A stretch of DNA of 64,000 nucleotides from positions 53,108 to 117,107 of the forward strand of contig PLNR01000005.1 of NCBI GenBank assembly GCA_003141835.1, given 5' to 3'. Below the pieces are notes generated by a model. It did no database searches, was not told the origin of the DNA, and saw nothing but the letters and a program-made list of their open reading frames with translations. Below are positions 20,321 through 29,148 of the stretch, in pieces (the stretch's first letter is position 1; every line of letters begins with the position of its first letter). The stretch is from Candidatus Omnitrophota bacterium. GTDB lineage: Bacteria; Omnitrophota; Gorgyraeia; Pluralincolimonadales; Pluralincolimonadaceae. A program made the position numbers and the translations under genes.

Positions 20321-21086
20321 TCCTCACAAACAAGGGATACTAGCTAAAGAGAGCCCCGATTTCTTAAGTTATTCGCGGCTCTACTTTTGGTGGAAGAAGA
20401 ACAGGGTGATTTGCGATATTGTGCGCCGGGAATTGAAAAGCCGGAATATAAAAGATATCCTGGACCTGGGATGCGGCGTAGGAGACGATATTTTTTGCCT
20501 GAACTCCAAATACGGCGCCGAATTCGGTTTAACGTTCAACGGAGTCGATAAAAACGCCGAAAAAATAGGATTTTGTGAGGCGCGGAAGGATTTCAGGGGA
20601 GACGGAAATGTAAGATTCAGCGTCGGCGATATAGCCGATCTGGAATTAAAGGATTCTTCATACGACTTAGTGATCTGTTCCGAGGTAATAGAGCATTTGA
20701 CCCGGCCTTCGGATGCGATCAGGGAAATAAAAAGGGTCCTTAAAAATAACGGTGTGGCCGTAGTCAGCACGCCGAACAAGTCCAATCCCATGATGAGGAT
20801 CCGGAGATCCTTATGGTTTTTGAGATCCGCAAAAGATGGGTGCAGGGATACTTCGGACGCCGGGCATATTTCCGTCTCCGGCTTGAATGATTGGGTCGGG
20901 GTCTTTAAGGACGAAGGGTTTAAGATCGAGAAAATATGCAGGGGAAGCCTGCTTTTCGGCGGGCACCAGATCGATCCCCACAGGGTTTTATTTTTATTTG
21001 TCCTGTTTCTTGATATCGTTTTGGATCTCCTGCCTTTCGGGAAAAATTGGTCGGAAAATGTGATCTTTTGCCTAAGGAAGAGATGA
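20310..21086 (+). CDS. class I SAM-dependent methyltransferase
   Basis: LDLGCGVGDD motif I and an acidic motif II (VICSEVIEHL). Start moved to ATG 20310 (MPDNPH), just before the upstream stop. Confidence 0.7.
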   Translation: MPDNPHKQGILAKESPDFLSYSRLYFWWKKNRVICDIVRRELKSRNIKDILDLGCGVGDDIFCLNSKYGAEFGLTFNGVDKNAEKIGFCEARKDFRGDGNVRFSVGDIADLELKDSSYDLVICSEVIEHLTRPSDAIREIKRVLKNNGVAVVSTPNKSNPMMRIRRSLWFLRSAKDGCRDTSDAGHISVSGLNDWVGVFKDEGFKIEKICRGSLLFGGHQIDPHRVLFLFVLFLDIVLDLLPFGKNWSENVIFCLRKR

Positions 21087-23215
21087 GAACCTTCAATGTG
21101 TTATATGTAGACATATTCGGCGACTGGATAGGCGGCGGGCAGAGAAGCCTGATGGACCTGGCGAAGTCGTTAGATCCCGGACATTTCAATCCGGTCATAA
21201 TTTGCCCGGAGGAAGGCAAGTTTGTCGACTTGATCCGGAGCCATTCGATCACCGTTGAAATTGTGCCGATGGGCACGTTCAAAACGATAGATCCCATATC
21301 CAGGTTATTAACTTTTAATAAATTGGCGGGGCTTGTCAAAAAGCACAAGATCGACCTGATCCACGTAAACGGCCTGAGAGCGGCGATCTATTGCGGGGCG
21401 ATAGCAAAGTATTTCAAGGTCCCTCTCGTCTGGCATGTAAGGGTGCCGGAATCAGGTGGTGTCGCCGAAAGGGCGGCGTATGCCTTCGCCGATAAGATAA
21501 TCGTCAATTCAAGGGCAGTCGGTAAAAAATTCGCGAATTGGCGGGGGAGCGCAGATAAGGTCGTGGTCATATATAACGGGATAAATTTGGAAGAATTTAA
21601 GCCCTGCGAAAGGAAAAACAAGTTAGCTCCCGGACTCGGATTCGGTGAAAATGAACCTTTAGTCGGTATGGTCGGGGAATTAAGTCCGAAAAAAGGCCAG
21701 AAATGCTTTTTAGAGGCGGCGTCTAAAGTGATCGGGGAATCGCCGCAGGTTAAATTCTTGATCGTAGGAGAAGAGCATGACAGCGGCGTATATAAAGGCG
21801 AATTGACCAGGTTGGCGGATAAACTAAAGATCTCACAGTCGGTTTGTTTCCTGGGATTCCGGGATGATATAGCCGAGATACTGGATTCCCTGGCATTGTT
21901 GGTCCATTGTCCGGAGAGGGAGGGGTTCGGGAGGGTAGTGGTGGAAGCGATGGCATTAAAAGTGCCGGTTGTCGCAACTGATGCCGGCGGGATACCGGAG
22001 ATAATCAAAGACGGGGTGAACGGGTTCCTGATCCCCGTCGGGGACACAGAGGCGCTGGCTAAGACGATATTAGGCCTATTAAGGGATAAAGCGAGATCCG
22101 GGATCCTGGGAGAGGCGGGCAGGAAGACGGTCGAGGGATCATTCGATCTGAAGAGGCAGATAAAAAAGATCGAAGGGATCTACCGGGAATTGCTCCAAGG
22201 ATATGGAACAGGCGCAATAAAACAATACGCGGACCTATTCCTGGATTCGATCTGGGGCGACCGGAACGTCTTTGCGATCCAGCCGGAGCATCGGAGGCAG
22301 TTGGATGAATTCGCGGATTATCTTGCGGGGGGAGGCATAAACTTCCGGTCAACCGGTGATTTCCTTAAGGATAGGAACAATTTCTTGATAGAGAATTTTT
22401 TGACTTTCCTGATATCTAAAAAGATATTAAAAGGGTCCCGCTTATACAGGGACCTCGAAATCATCAAAAGACAAATAAGGGAGAAAACGGTAAGCGATAA
22501 AGATTACGATGAACGCATATCAATACAGACGCCGGAGTCGTTGATCGACGAATATTACGATCCCGAGGATCCCGAAAGGAAGAAGAGGCTGGAGGTGATC
22601 TTACGAAATCTGGACGCCGCGGGCGGCGAAAAGATACTGGACCTGGGCTGCGGGGCCGGCGCCCTTGTTTACCATTCGGCGCTGGCGGGGGCCGCGGCTT
22701 GGGGGATCGACTATTCAAAAAAATCGATAGAGGCCGCCGTCCGGCTTTCCGAGCGTTATAACTTTAAAGATAAAGCGACGTTTTTGGTCCACGACGTCAC
22801 GAGAGGCGCCTTGCCTTTCAATGACGGATTTTTTGACAAAGTCGTGGCGGCCGATTTTATCGAACACATAACCCATTTCGATAAGGAAAAGCTGATCAAA
22901 GAAGTACGCCGGGTTTTAAGAACCGGCGGAACGCTGGTGATCTATACGCCCAACGGGATAAGGGAGTTTTTGGGACATTTAAAGCGGCGTCTATTGCGTG
23001 CGTTCAGGAAGGGAAATGATTGTAACGACAAAACAAGGCTCCATTTCGGCTTGATCGACAGGTTTAGGTTTGAAGGCCTGTTGAGGAGGAACAACCTTAT
23101 CTTTAAAAGGTATTATGTCGATATTACACGGCCATATTTGGCGGCTATACCCCTGCTAAAGGATCTTTTAAGCGCTAATTTATTGTGGGTAATTAGAAAG
23201 GACGGTAAATCTTAA
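21083..23215 (+). CDS. fusion protein: GT4 glycosyltransferase (N) plus class I SAM methyltransferase (C)
   Basis: N-terminal about 380 aa have a GT4 signature (EGFGRVVVEAMALKVPVVATDAGGIPE). C-terminal about 200 aa have ILDLGCGAGALV motif I and DFIEHI motif. ATGA overlap at the 21083 start. Confidence 0.75.
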   Translation: MRTFNVLYVDIFGDWIGGGQRSLMDLAKSLDPGHFNPVIICPEEGKFVDLIRSHSITVEIVPMGTFKTIDPISRLLTFNKLAGLVKKHKIDLIHVNGLRAAIYCGAIAKYFKVPLVWHVRVPESGGVAERAAYAFADKIIVNSRAVGKKFANWRGSADKVVVIYNGINLEEFKPCERKNKLAPGLGFGENEPLVGMVGELSPKKGQKCFLEAASKVIGESPQVKFLIVGEEHDSGVYKGELTRLADKLKISQSVCFLGFRDDIAEILDSLALLVHCPEREGFGRVVVEAMALKVPVVATDAGGIPEIIKDGVNGFLIPVGDTEALAKTILGLLRDKARSGILGEAGRKTVEGSFDLKRQIKKIEGIYRELLQGYGTGAIKQYADLFLDSIWGDRNVFAIQPEHRRQLDEFADYLAGGGINFRSTGDFLKDRNNFLIENFLTFLISKKILKGSRLYRDLEIIKRQIREKTVSDKDYDERISIQTPESLIDEYYDPEDPERKKRLEVILRNLDAAGGEKILDLGCGAGALVYHSALAGAAAWGIDYSKKSIEAAVRLSERYNFKDKATFLVHDVTRGALPFNDGFFDKVVAADFIEHITHFDKEKLIKEVRRVLRTGGTLVIYTPNGIREFLGHLKRRLLRAFRKGNDCNDKTRLHFGLIDRFRFEGLLRRNNLIFKRYYVDITRPYLAAIPLLKDLLSANLLWVIRKDGKS

Positions 23216-23218
23216 GGG

Positions 23219-24061
23219 GTGATCATGGAAGAGGTCAGCTGCGATATATGCGGGATCGACAAGACGAAAAATATAGTGAGCTCGGATAAATTTAACATCG
23301 TCCAATGCCAGGGGTGTGGTTTGGTATATATGAACCCAAGGCCGGATAAGCGGTTGTTAGGCGAATACTATGCCAACTATTACTCGGACCTGAAAGGCCA
23401 TTACGAAGAAGAGAGGCTGTACAAGTGCCGCTTTAAAGAACGGCTAGATGCGATCAAAAAATATAAGAATGGAGGCAGGTTATTAGACATCGGATGCGGC
23501 GTCGGATTTTTTTTGCAATCGGCTAAGGAGAGGAAATGGCAGGTCTCCGGGATAGAACTTTCATCGTTGTCGGCCGATATAGCCCGGTCATCCGGCGTAG
23601 ACGTGTTTACGGGCTCGATCGAAGATGCGGACCTGGAGAGCGGCTCCTTCGACGTGATCACAATGTGGCACGTGATAGAACATTTACAGCGTCCTTCAGG
23701 GGCCCTGAAGAAAATTTATCGCGCGTTGAAAAAAGGGGGCGTATTGGCCCTTGAGACCCCGAATATGGATTATTATTTCAAATTTAAGGCCGATAAATTA
23801 AATGATGTTTTACGTCGCGAACACCTCTATAACTTTTCAAGCCGTACATTAACCCGCTTATTGGAAAATTCAGGATTTACCGTTTTAAATTTAGAACAAA
23901 AGCCGTCAGGGACGGATCTGGGAGGGATGCTGAAAAAATACGGGGTTAAAGGTTATCTGGTAAAGCACCTGCCTTTTTTGTCCGTGATCAGGGAGCCTTT
24001 GATGCGATTCAGGGGTTTATTGGGCCAAAACGAGGTTATCGTTGCTTACGCAAAAAAATAG
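23219..24061 (+). CDS. class I SAM-dependent methyltransferase with N-terminal zinc ribbon
   Basis: CDICG...CQGCG ribbon then LLDIGCGVGFF. Same architecture as 12758..13702. Confidence 0.75.
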   Translation: MIMEEVSCDICGIDKTKNIVSSDKFNIVQCQGCGLVYMNPRPDKRLLGEYYANYYSDLKGHYEEERLYKCRFKERLDAIKKYKNGGRLLDIGCGVGFFLQSAKERKWQVSGIELSSLSADIARSSGVDVFTGSIEDADLESGSFDVITMWHVIEHLQRPSGALKKIYRALKKGGVLALETPNMDYYFKFKADKLNDVLRREHLYNFSSRTLTRLLENSGFTVLNLEQKPSGTDLGGMLKKYGVKGYLVKHLPFLSVIREPLMRFRGLLGQNEVIVAYAKK

Positions 24062-25088
24062 GATTAAGAAGATCCTGATCCTCCGGTTAGACCGCATAGG
24101 GGATATAGTGCTTTCTACGCCGGCAATTAAAGCGGTGAGGGAATATTTTCCGGAAACGCACATCGCGGTAATGGTCAGGGGGGAATATAAGGGCTTACTC
24201 ATAAACGATCCCGCCATAAATGAGGTCATCGGATGCAAGCCCCTTTGGGATTTTAAGTTCATCGGGGAACTGCGGGACAGGAAGTTCGATCTAGCCGTCG
24301 ACCTGGTCATGGACCGGGATTATAAAAGCGCTTTTTTGGCTTATTTAAGCGGGGCCCCTTATCGGGCAGGGTACGATATTGCAGGCAGGGGCATATTTTT
24401 CAATATAAGGGCCGGATATGGCAAAGAGAAGAAACATCTCGTTGAAAATAATTTAGATGTCATAAGAAAGCTGGGGATAGTCCCCGGCGGGGGGAGGCCT
24501 CAACTTCATGTTGCCCCGCAGGATTCGGGATTTATCAGGGATTTTTTATCATCACAGGGCATTGATCAGGGTGAAATTTTAGTCGGCATCCATCCCGGAG
24601 GATATTATCCATCGCAGCGCTGGCCGGCGGAGAGAGTCGCCGCGCTGTCCGATGAAATAATAAAAAGATACACTGCTAAGGTGGTCCTTATCGGAGGGCC
24701 GGAAGAAAGGGATTTTATGGAAAGGGCTGCGGGATCGATGAAGGTAAAAGCTATTGTCGTAAAAGACATCTCTTTGGCGCATTTAACGGCGCTGATCCGG
24801 CGGTGCCAGCTTTTGGTCTGTAATAATTCCGGGCCCTTGCATATCGCCTGCGCATTAGGGGTGCCTACGGTATCGACTATGGGGCCGACTTTACCCTGGC
24901 GGTGGTGGCCTGTCGGGGAGGGCCACATTGTCCTGCGGAAGGACCTGCCTTGCAGCCCTTGCGGGAAAGGTTCTTGCGGGACGCACGAGTGCATGGAATT
25001 GATCACTGTGGATGAAATGCTGGAGGCGGTTGACAAGCAGATGAAACTTTTGGTGAAGAATAAATGTGCGGAATCTACGGCGCGGTAG
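24042..25088 (+). CDS. family 9 glycosyltransferase (heptosyltransferase-like)
   Basis: ILILRLDRIGDIVLSTPAIKAVREYFP N-terminal signature of GT9 (RfaF/RfaC-like) and C-terminal CxxC Cys cluster. Overlaps the upstream gene by 20 nt. Confidence 0.75.
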   Translation: MLTQKNRIKKILILRLDRIGDIVLSTPAIKAVREYFPETHIAVMVRGEYKGLLINDPAINEVIGCKPLWDFKFIGELRDRKFDLAVDLVMDRDYKSAFLAYLSGAPYRAGYDIAGRGIFFNIRAGYGKEKKHLVENNLDVIRKLGIVPGGGRPQLHVAPQDSGFIRDFLSSQGIDQGEILVGIHPGGYYPSQRWPAERVAALSDEIIKRYTAKVVLIGGPEERDFMERAAGSMKVKAIVVKDISLAHLTALIRRCQLLVCNNSGPLHIACALGVPTVSTMGPTLPWRWWPVGEGHIVLRKDLPCSPCGKGSCGTHECMELITVDEMLEAVDKQMKLLVKNKCAESTAR

Positions 25089-28033
25089 GGATCCGGGACC
25101 CTTCGCTTTTGGAGCGCATGGGCGCGGTCACGATCCATCGCGGCCCTGATGAAAGCGGCGCCTATCTGGATGATGATGCCTCATTGGGCGTGCGGAGGTT
25201 AAAGATAATCGGGTTAGAATCCGGGCATCAGCCGATACACAATGAGGATCAGGCGCTTTGGCTCGTTTATAACGGCGAGATATATAACTTTAAGGAATTA
25301 CGATATTCCCTTGAGGCGAAGGGGCATAAATTCTATACGAAGACAGACGGCGAGGTGATCGTGCACCTCTACGAGGAATACGGCGAGGATTGCGTCAAAC
25401 ATTTAAGAGGGATGTTCGCCTTCGCTGTCTGGGATAAAAAAAACCGGAACTTATTTCTGGCGCGGGACAGGATCGGGATAAAACCGCTTTATTACACATC
25501 TGTTGACGGAGTTTTGTATTTTGCCTCAGAACTTAAGGCCTTATTGGAGGCGGATGTGATCAAAAAAGAGATAAACCCTGAGGCGATACATGATTTCCTG
25601 ACGTTCCTATATATCCCCGCCCCCTCGACGATCTTTAAATCCGTCTTTAAATTACCGCCGGGGTATACCTTGAGATTCCAGGACGGGAGTTATTCGGTAC
25701 AGGAATACTGGGACCTGGAATTGGATATAAGCAAGGAAAAGGATGAAATTTTTTACCTCGATAAGATATACGATCTATTGCAAGAGGCGGTAAAGTTACA
25801 TTTAATAAGCGATGTGCCTTTAGGGGTTTTTTTGAGCGGAGGAGTGGATTCGAGCGTCCTGGTAAGCATTATGGCGGGTTTGACAAATCGACCGATAAAG
25901 ACTTTTAGCATCGGATACGGCAGGAAAGACGAAGATTATAATGAGCTGAAATACGCCCGCCTGGTCAGTGAATGCTTTGGCACGGAGCACAGGGAGTTTA
26001 TCGTCAAACCGGACGCGATCGGACTCTTACCGGAACTCGCCTGGCATTTCGATGAGCCATTCGCGGATTCATCCGCGATCCCCACTTTCTTAATTTCAAA
26101 ATTAGCGAAAAAAGATATAACGGTCGCCTTAAGCGGCATCGGCGGAGATGAGGCCTTTGGGGGATATCCCAGGTATTTAGGCGCTTATATTTCCGGATAT
26201 TACCAGCGGCTGCCGGAAATCATGAGAAAGGCGGCGTATAAAGCGGCATCTTTATTTCCCGAGAGCACGCAGAACAGGGACCTCTTTAGTTGGGCGCGGA
26301 GGTTTGCCAGGGGCGGGCTCCTTCCTTTTGGAATGAGGTATTTCGATTGGGTGACTTTCCTGCGACCGGACGAGATAAATAAACTCTACACGGCAAGTTT
26401 TATCGGAAATTTAAAAGATGCCGGTCCGGTCAAGGATAAGCAGGCTTATTTCGGCGGGGACAGATCGCTGGAGGGGATTTTTCGTTTCGATATAAAAACC
26501 TATCTCCCCGATGACCTGCTCTTTATGGCGGATAAGATGAGCATGGCGAATTCGCTGGAATTGCGGGTGCCGTATTGCGACCACAAGGTGATGGAGTTTG
26601 CCGCCTCGATCCCCTACGGATTAAAGCTCAAAGGGCTTAAATTAAAATACCTGTTAAAAAAATCCTTCAAGGGCCTGCTGCCCCGGGAGGTCTTAACCCG
26701 GCGAAAACAAGGTTTTATGATCCCCATAGGCAGATGGATAAAACAGGACCTGAAGGGCGTCGCGGAAGAGCTCTTGTCCAGGCGGCAAATTGAAAAGCGC
26801 GGCTATTTCAATTACGAATATGTCCGCTGGATCCTGGACCAGCATTACTCCGGAAAACGGGATTTCACCGACAGGATCTGGGCGCTTATGAACCTGGAGA
26901 TGTGGCACAGGATATATATAGACAAAGATCACCCGGTAAATAAGGATATGGATATAGCGGTAGAAGATGTCCCCTCAGCTACGGGCAGGCATTGCCCCCG
27001 GATCGCCGGGGACGATTTTAAGGACGCCAAAAAGATCCTTATCGTAAACCTGGCGGGCATAGGAGACGTTGTGATGTCCACCCCTGCCTTGAGGGCGGTG
27101 AGAAAGAGATTTCCGTCGGCCTTTATCTCGTTCCTTACGGTCCCCGGTTCCGCCGGCATCCTCAGGGGCAGCTCAGATGTAAACGAGATATTGGCTTTAG
27201 ACGCGGGGAGACCGGGTATAAGAGATGTTTTAAGGCTGTTGACGGATCTAAGGAAAGCCAAATATGACATGCTGATCAACCTTTACGAGATAGGTTCGCT
27301 TTCCGGCGCTATTAAGATGGCATCTCTTTTCTGGTTCGTGGGTGGAAAATATAAAGTCGGACGGAATACCGGCGGATTAGGCTTCTTCTTAAATCGTAAA
27401 ATTTTTGAAAGCGCCCGGCTGAAAAGGCATACGGTCGAGTCAATGCTGGACATAGCGAGATTTTTGGGCGGCAACTCGGACGGGAAAGGCATGGAGATAC
27501 CGCTTGAAAAAAATGAGATGGATTTCGCCAGTGATTATCTTAAGTCGCATAATATTTCCGGCGAGGACCTGTTGTTCGGGCTTCATAAAGACGCTAAAAG
27601 GCCGAGCAGGCGCTGGCCGGATGAAAGTTGGGATATTCTGGAAAAAGAATTAAGAATAAGATACGGGGCAAAAATAATCTTGACGCCGGGCGCCGGCGAA
27701 TTTAATTTAAAACAATTTGCCGCCATCCTTAAAAGGTTCGACCTTTTCATTACTAATGATACCGGAGCCATGCATATCGCCGCGGCCGTGGGTACGCCCA
27801 CGGTGGCTTTATTCGGACCGTCGGACATCCATAAGTTCCGGCCTTATGCCGAGAGTGATAAATTTGCGATCGTAAGGAAACACGTCGGTTGTAACCGGCC
27901 TTGCTATAAGCATGATTGCGCAGATAAAGGCTGTATGGAGCGTATTGCGCCTGAAGATGTACTGATAGCGGCGGAGAAAATATTAAATGAAAAAAAGATT
28001 AAAAGTCCTTCATATAATCACGCGCTTAGATAA
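25064..28033 (+). CDS. fusion protein: asparagine-synthase-like amidotransferase (about 620 aa) plus GT9 heptosyltransferase-like domain (about 350 aa)
   Basis: MCGIYGA Ntn-Cys start and SGGVDSS PP-loop, then a continuous frame into ILIVNLAGIGDVVMSTPALRAVRKRFP (GT9 signature). 989 aa with no internal stop. Confidence 0.8.
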   Translation: MCGIYGAVGIRDPSLLERMGAVTIHRGPDESGAYLDDDASLGVRRLKIIGLESGHQPIHNEDQALWLVYNGEIYNFKELRYSLEAKGHKFYTKTDGEVIVHLYEEYGEDCVKHLRGMFAFAVWDKKNRNLFLARDRIGIKPLYYTSVDGVLYFASELKALLEADVIKKEINPEAIHDFLTFLYIPAPSTIFKSVFKLPPGYTLRFQDGSYSVQEYWDLELDISKEKDEIFYLDKIYDLLQEAVKLHLISDVPLGVFLSGGVDSSVLVSIMAGLTNRPIKTFSIGYGRKDEDYNELKYARLVSECFGTEHREFIVKPDAIGLLPELAWHFDEPFADSSAIPTFLISKLAKKDITVALSGIGGDEAFGGYPRYLGAYISGYYQRLPEIMRKAAYKAASLFPESTQNRDLFSWARRFARGGLLPFGMRYFDWVTFLRPDEINKLYTASFIGNLKDAGPVKDKQAYFGGDRSLEGIFRFDIKTYLPDDLLFMADKMSMANSLELRVPYCDHKVMEFAASIPYGLKLKGLKLKYLLKKSFKGLLPREVLTRRKQGFMIPIGRWIKQDLKGVAEELLSRRQIEKRGYFNYEYVRWILDQHYSGKRDFTDRIWALMNLEMWHRIYIDKDHPVNKDMDIAVEDVPSATGRHCPRIAGDDFKDAKKILIVNLAGIGDVVMSTPALRAVRKRFPSAFISFLTVPGSAGILRGSSDVNEILALDAGRPGIRDVLRLLTDLRKAKYDMLINLYEIGSLSGAIKMASLFWFVGGKYKVGRNTGGLGFFLNRKIFESARLKRHTVESMLDIARFLGGNSDGKGMEIPLEKNEMDFASDYLKSHNISGEDLLFGLHKDAKRPSRRWPDESWDILEKELRIRYGAKIILTPGAGEFNLKQFAAILKRFDLFITNDTGAMHIAAAVGTPTVALFGPSDIHKFRPYAESDKFAIVRKHVGCNRPCYKHDCADKGCMERIAPEDVLIAAEKILNEKKIKSPSYNHALR

Positions 28034-29141
28034 AGGCGGCTCTTCGGAGAATACCTTGTTGACCGCCTCCGGCCTGGATAAGGGAAGGTTTGATGTAACC
28101 TTAGTCTTCGGGAAAACCAAGGACCCCGACGGCCGGGTAAGAAGGGCTTTGTCCGATAACGGGATAAATTATCGGGTAGTCCCCCGGCTCGTAAGACAAC
28201 TGGATCCCTGGAGCGACCTGACCGCCTTTTTGAGGTTATACGCTATAATAAAGCGGGGGGATTTCGACATCGTCCACACCCATACGTCAAAAGCAGGCAT
28301 CCTGGGCAGGTGGGCGGCGAAATTAGCCGGCGTCAAGGTCATAATCCACACCCCGCACGGCCATATCTTTTACGGTTATTTTGGCCCGGTAAGGAACAGG
28401 TTGTTCATTATGCTGGAACGGTTCACTGCGCATATTACCGACAGGATAATCACATTAACCCAAAGAGGGAAAGATGAGCACGTTAAATTCGGGATATCCA
28501 AGGCCGATAAATTCGTGTCTATTTATAGCGGAGTAGAGTTAGAAAAGTTCATAAATTCAAACTATGACCCGGCGCAGGCGAGGGAATCGCTTGGCATCCC
28601 GCCAAACGGGCCGGTGATAGGGACCATAACGAGGCTCGAGCCGGTAAAAGGGAACATGTATTTCATCGAAGCGATACCGCAGGTTATCAAGATCTTTCCT
28701 GACCTAAAAGTTATAATAACGGGCGACGGAGCGCAAAAACGCGCTATGGAAAATAAGATCAAGGAACTTTCTTTATCACGGAATGTCATTCTCCGGGGCG
28801 CCACAAATGACGCCCCCGGGGCATTGTCCGCGTTAGACATATTTGTCCTGCCTTCTTTAAATGAAGGGATGGGAAGATGCCTGCTTGAGGCGATGGCCCT
28901 GTCCAAACCGATAATCGCGACAGATGTCGGCGGGGTATCTGAAATTGTCGAGAATGGGGTGAACGGGATATTGGTCCCTCCGAAAGATCCGGACGCGCTG
29001 GCGCAAGCTATAATATCTTTACTGGGAAATAAGGCCCGCGCCGACGGGATGGGCAAGTCGGGCAAGGGTAAGCTCAACCGTTTTTTTAGCGCTCAAGCTA
29101 TGGTAGAAAAGATAGAGGCGTTATACGAAGAACTCACATAA
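27987..29141 (+). CDS. family 4 glycosyltransferase (GT4)
   Basis: EGMGRCLLEAMALSKPIIATDVGGVSEIVENG signature. Confidence 0.8.
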   Translation: MKKRLKVLHIITRLDKGGSSENTLLTASGLDKGRFDVTLVFGKTKDPDGRVRRALSDNGINYRVVPRLVRQLDPWSDLTAFLRLYAIIKRGDFDIVHTHTSKAGILGRWAAKLAGVKVIIHTPHGHIFYGYFGPVRNRLFIMLERFTAHITDRIITLTQRGKDEHVKFGISKADKFVSIYSGVELEKFINSNYDPAQARESLGIPPNGPVIGTITRLEPVKGNMYFIEAIPQVIKIFPDLKVIITGDGAQKRAMENKIKELSLSRNVILRGATNDAPGALSALDIFVLPSLNEGMGRCLLEAMALSKPIIATDVGGVSEIVENGVNGILVPPKDPDALAQAIISLLGNKARADGMGKSGKGKLNRFFSAQAMVEKIEALYEELT

Positions 29142-29148
29142 ATTTTGC

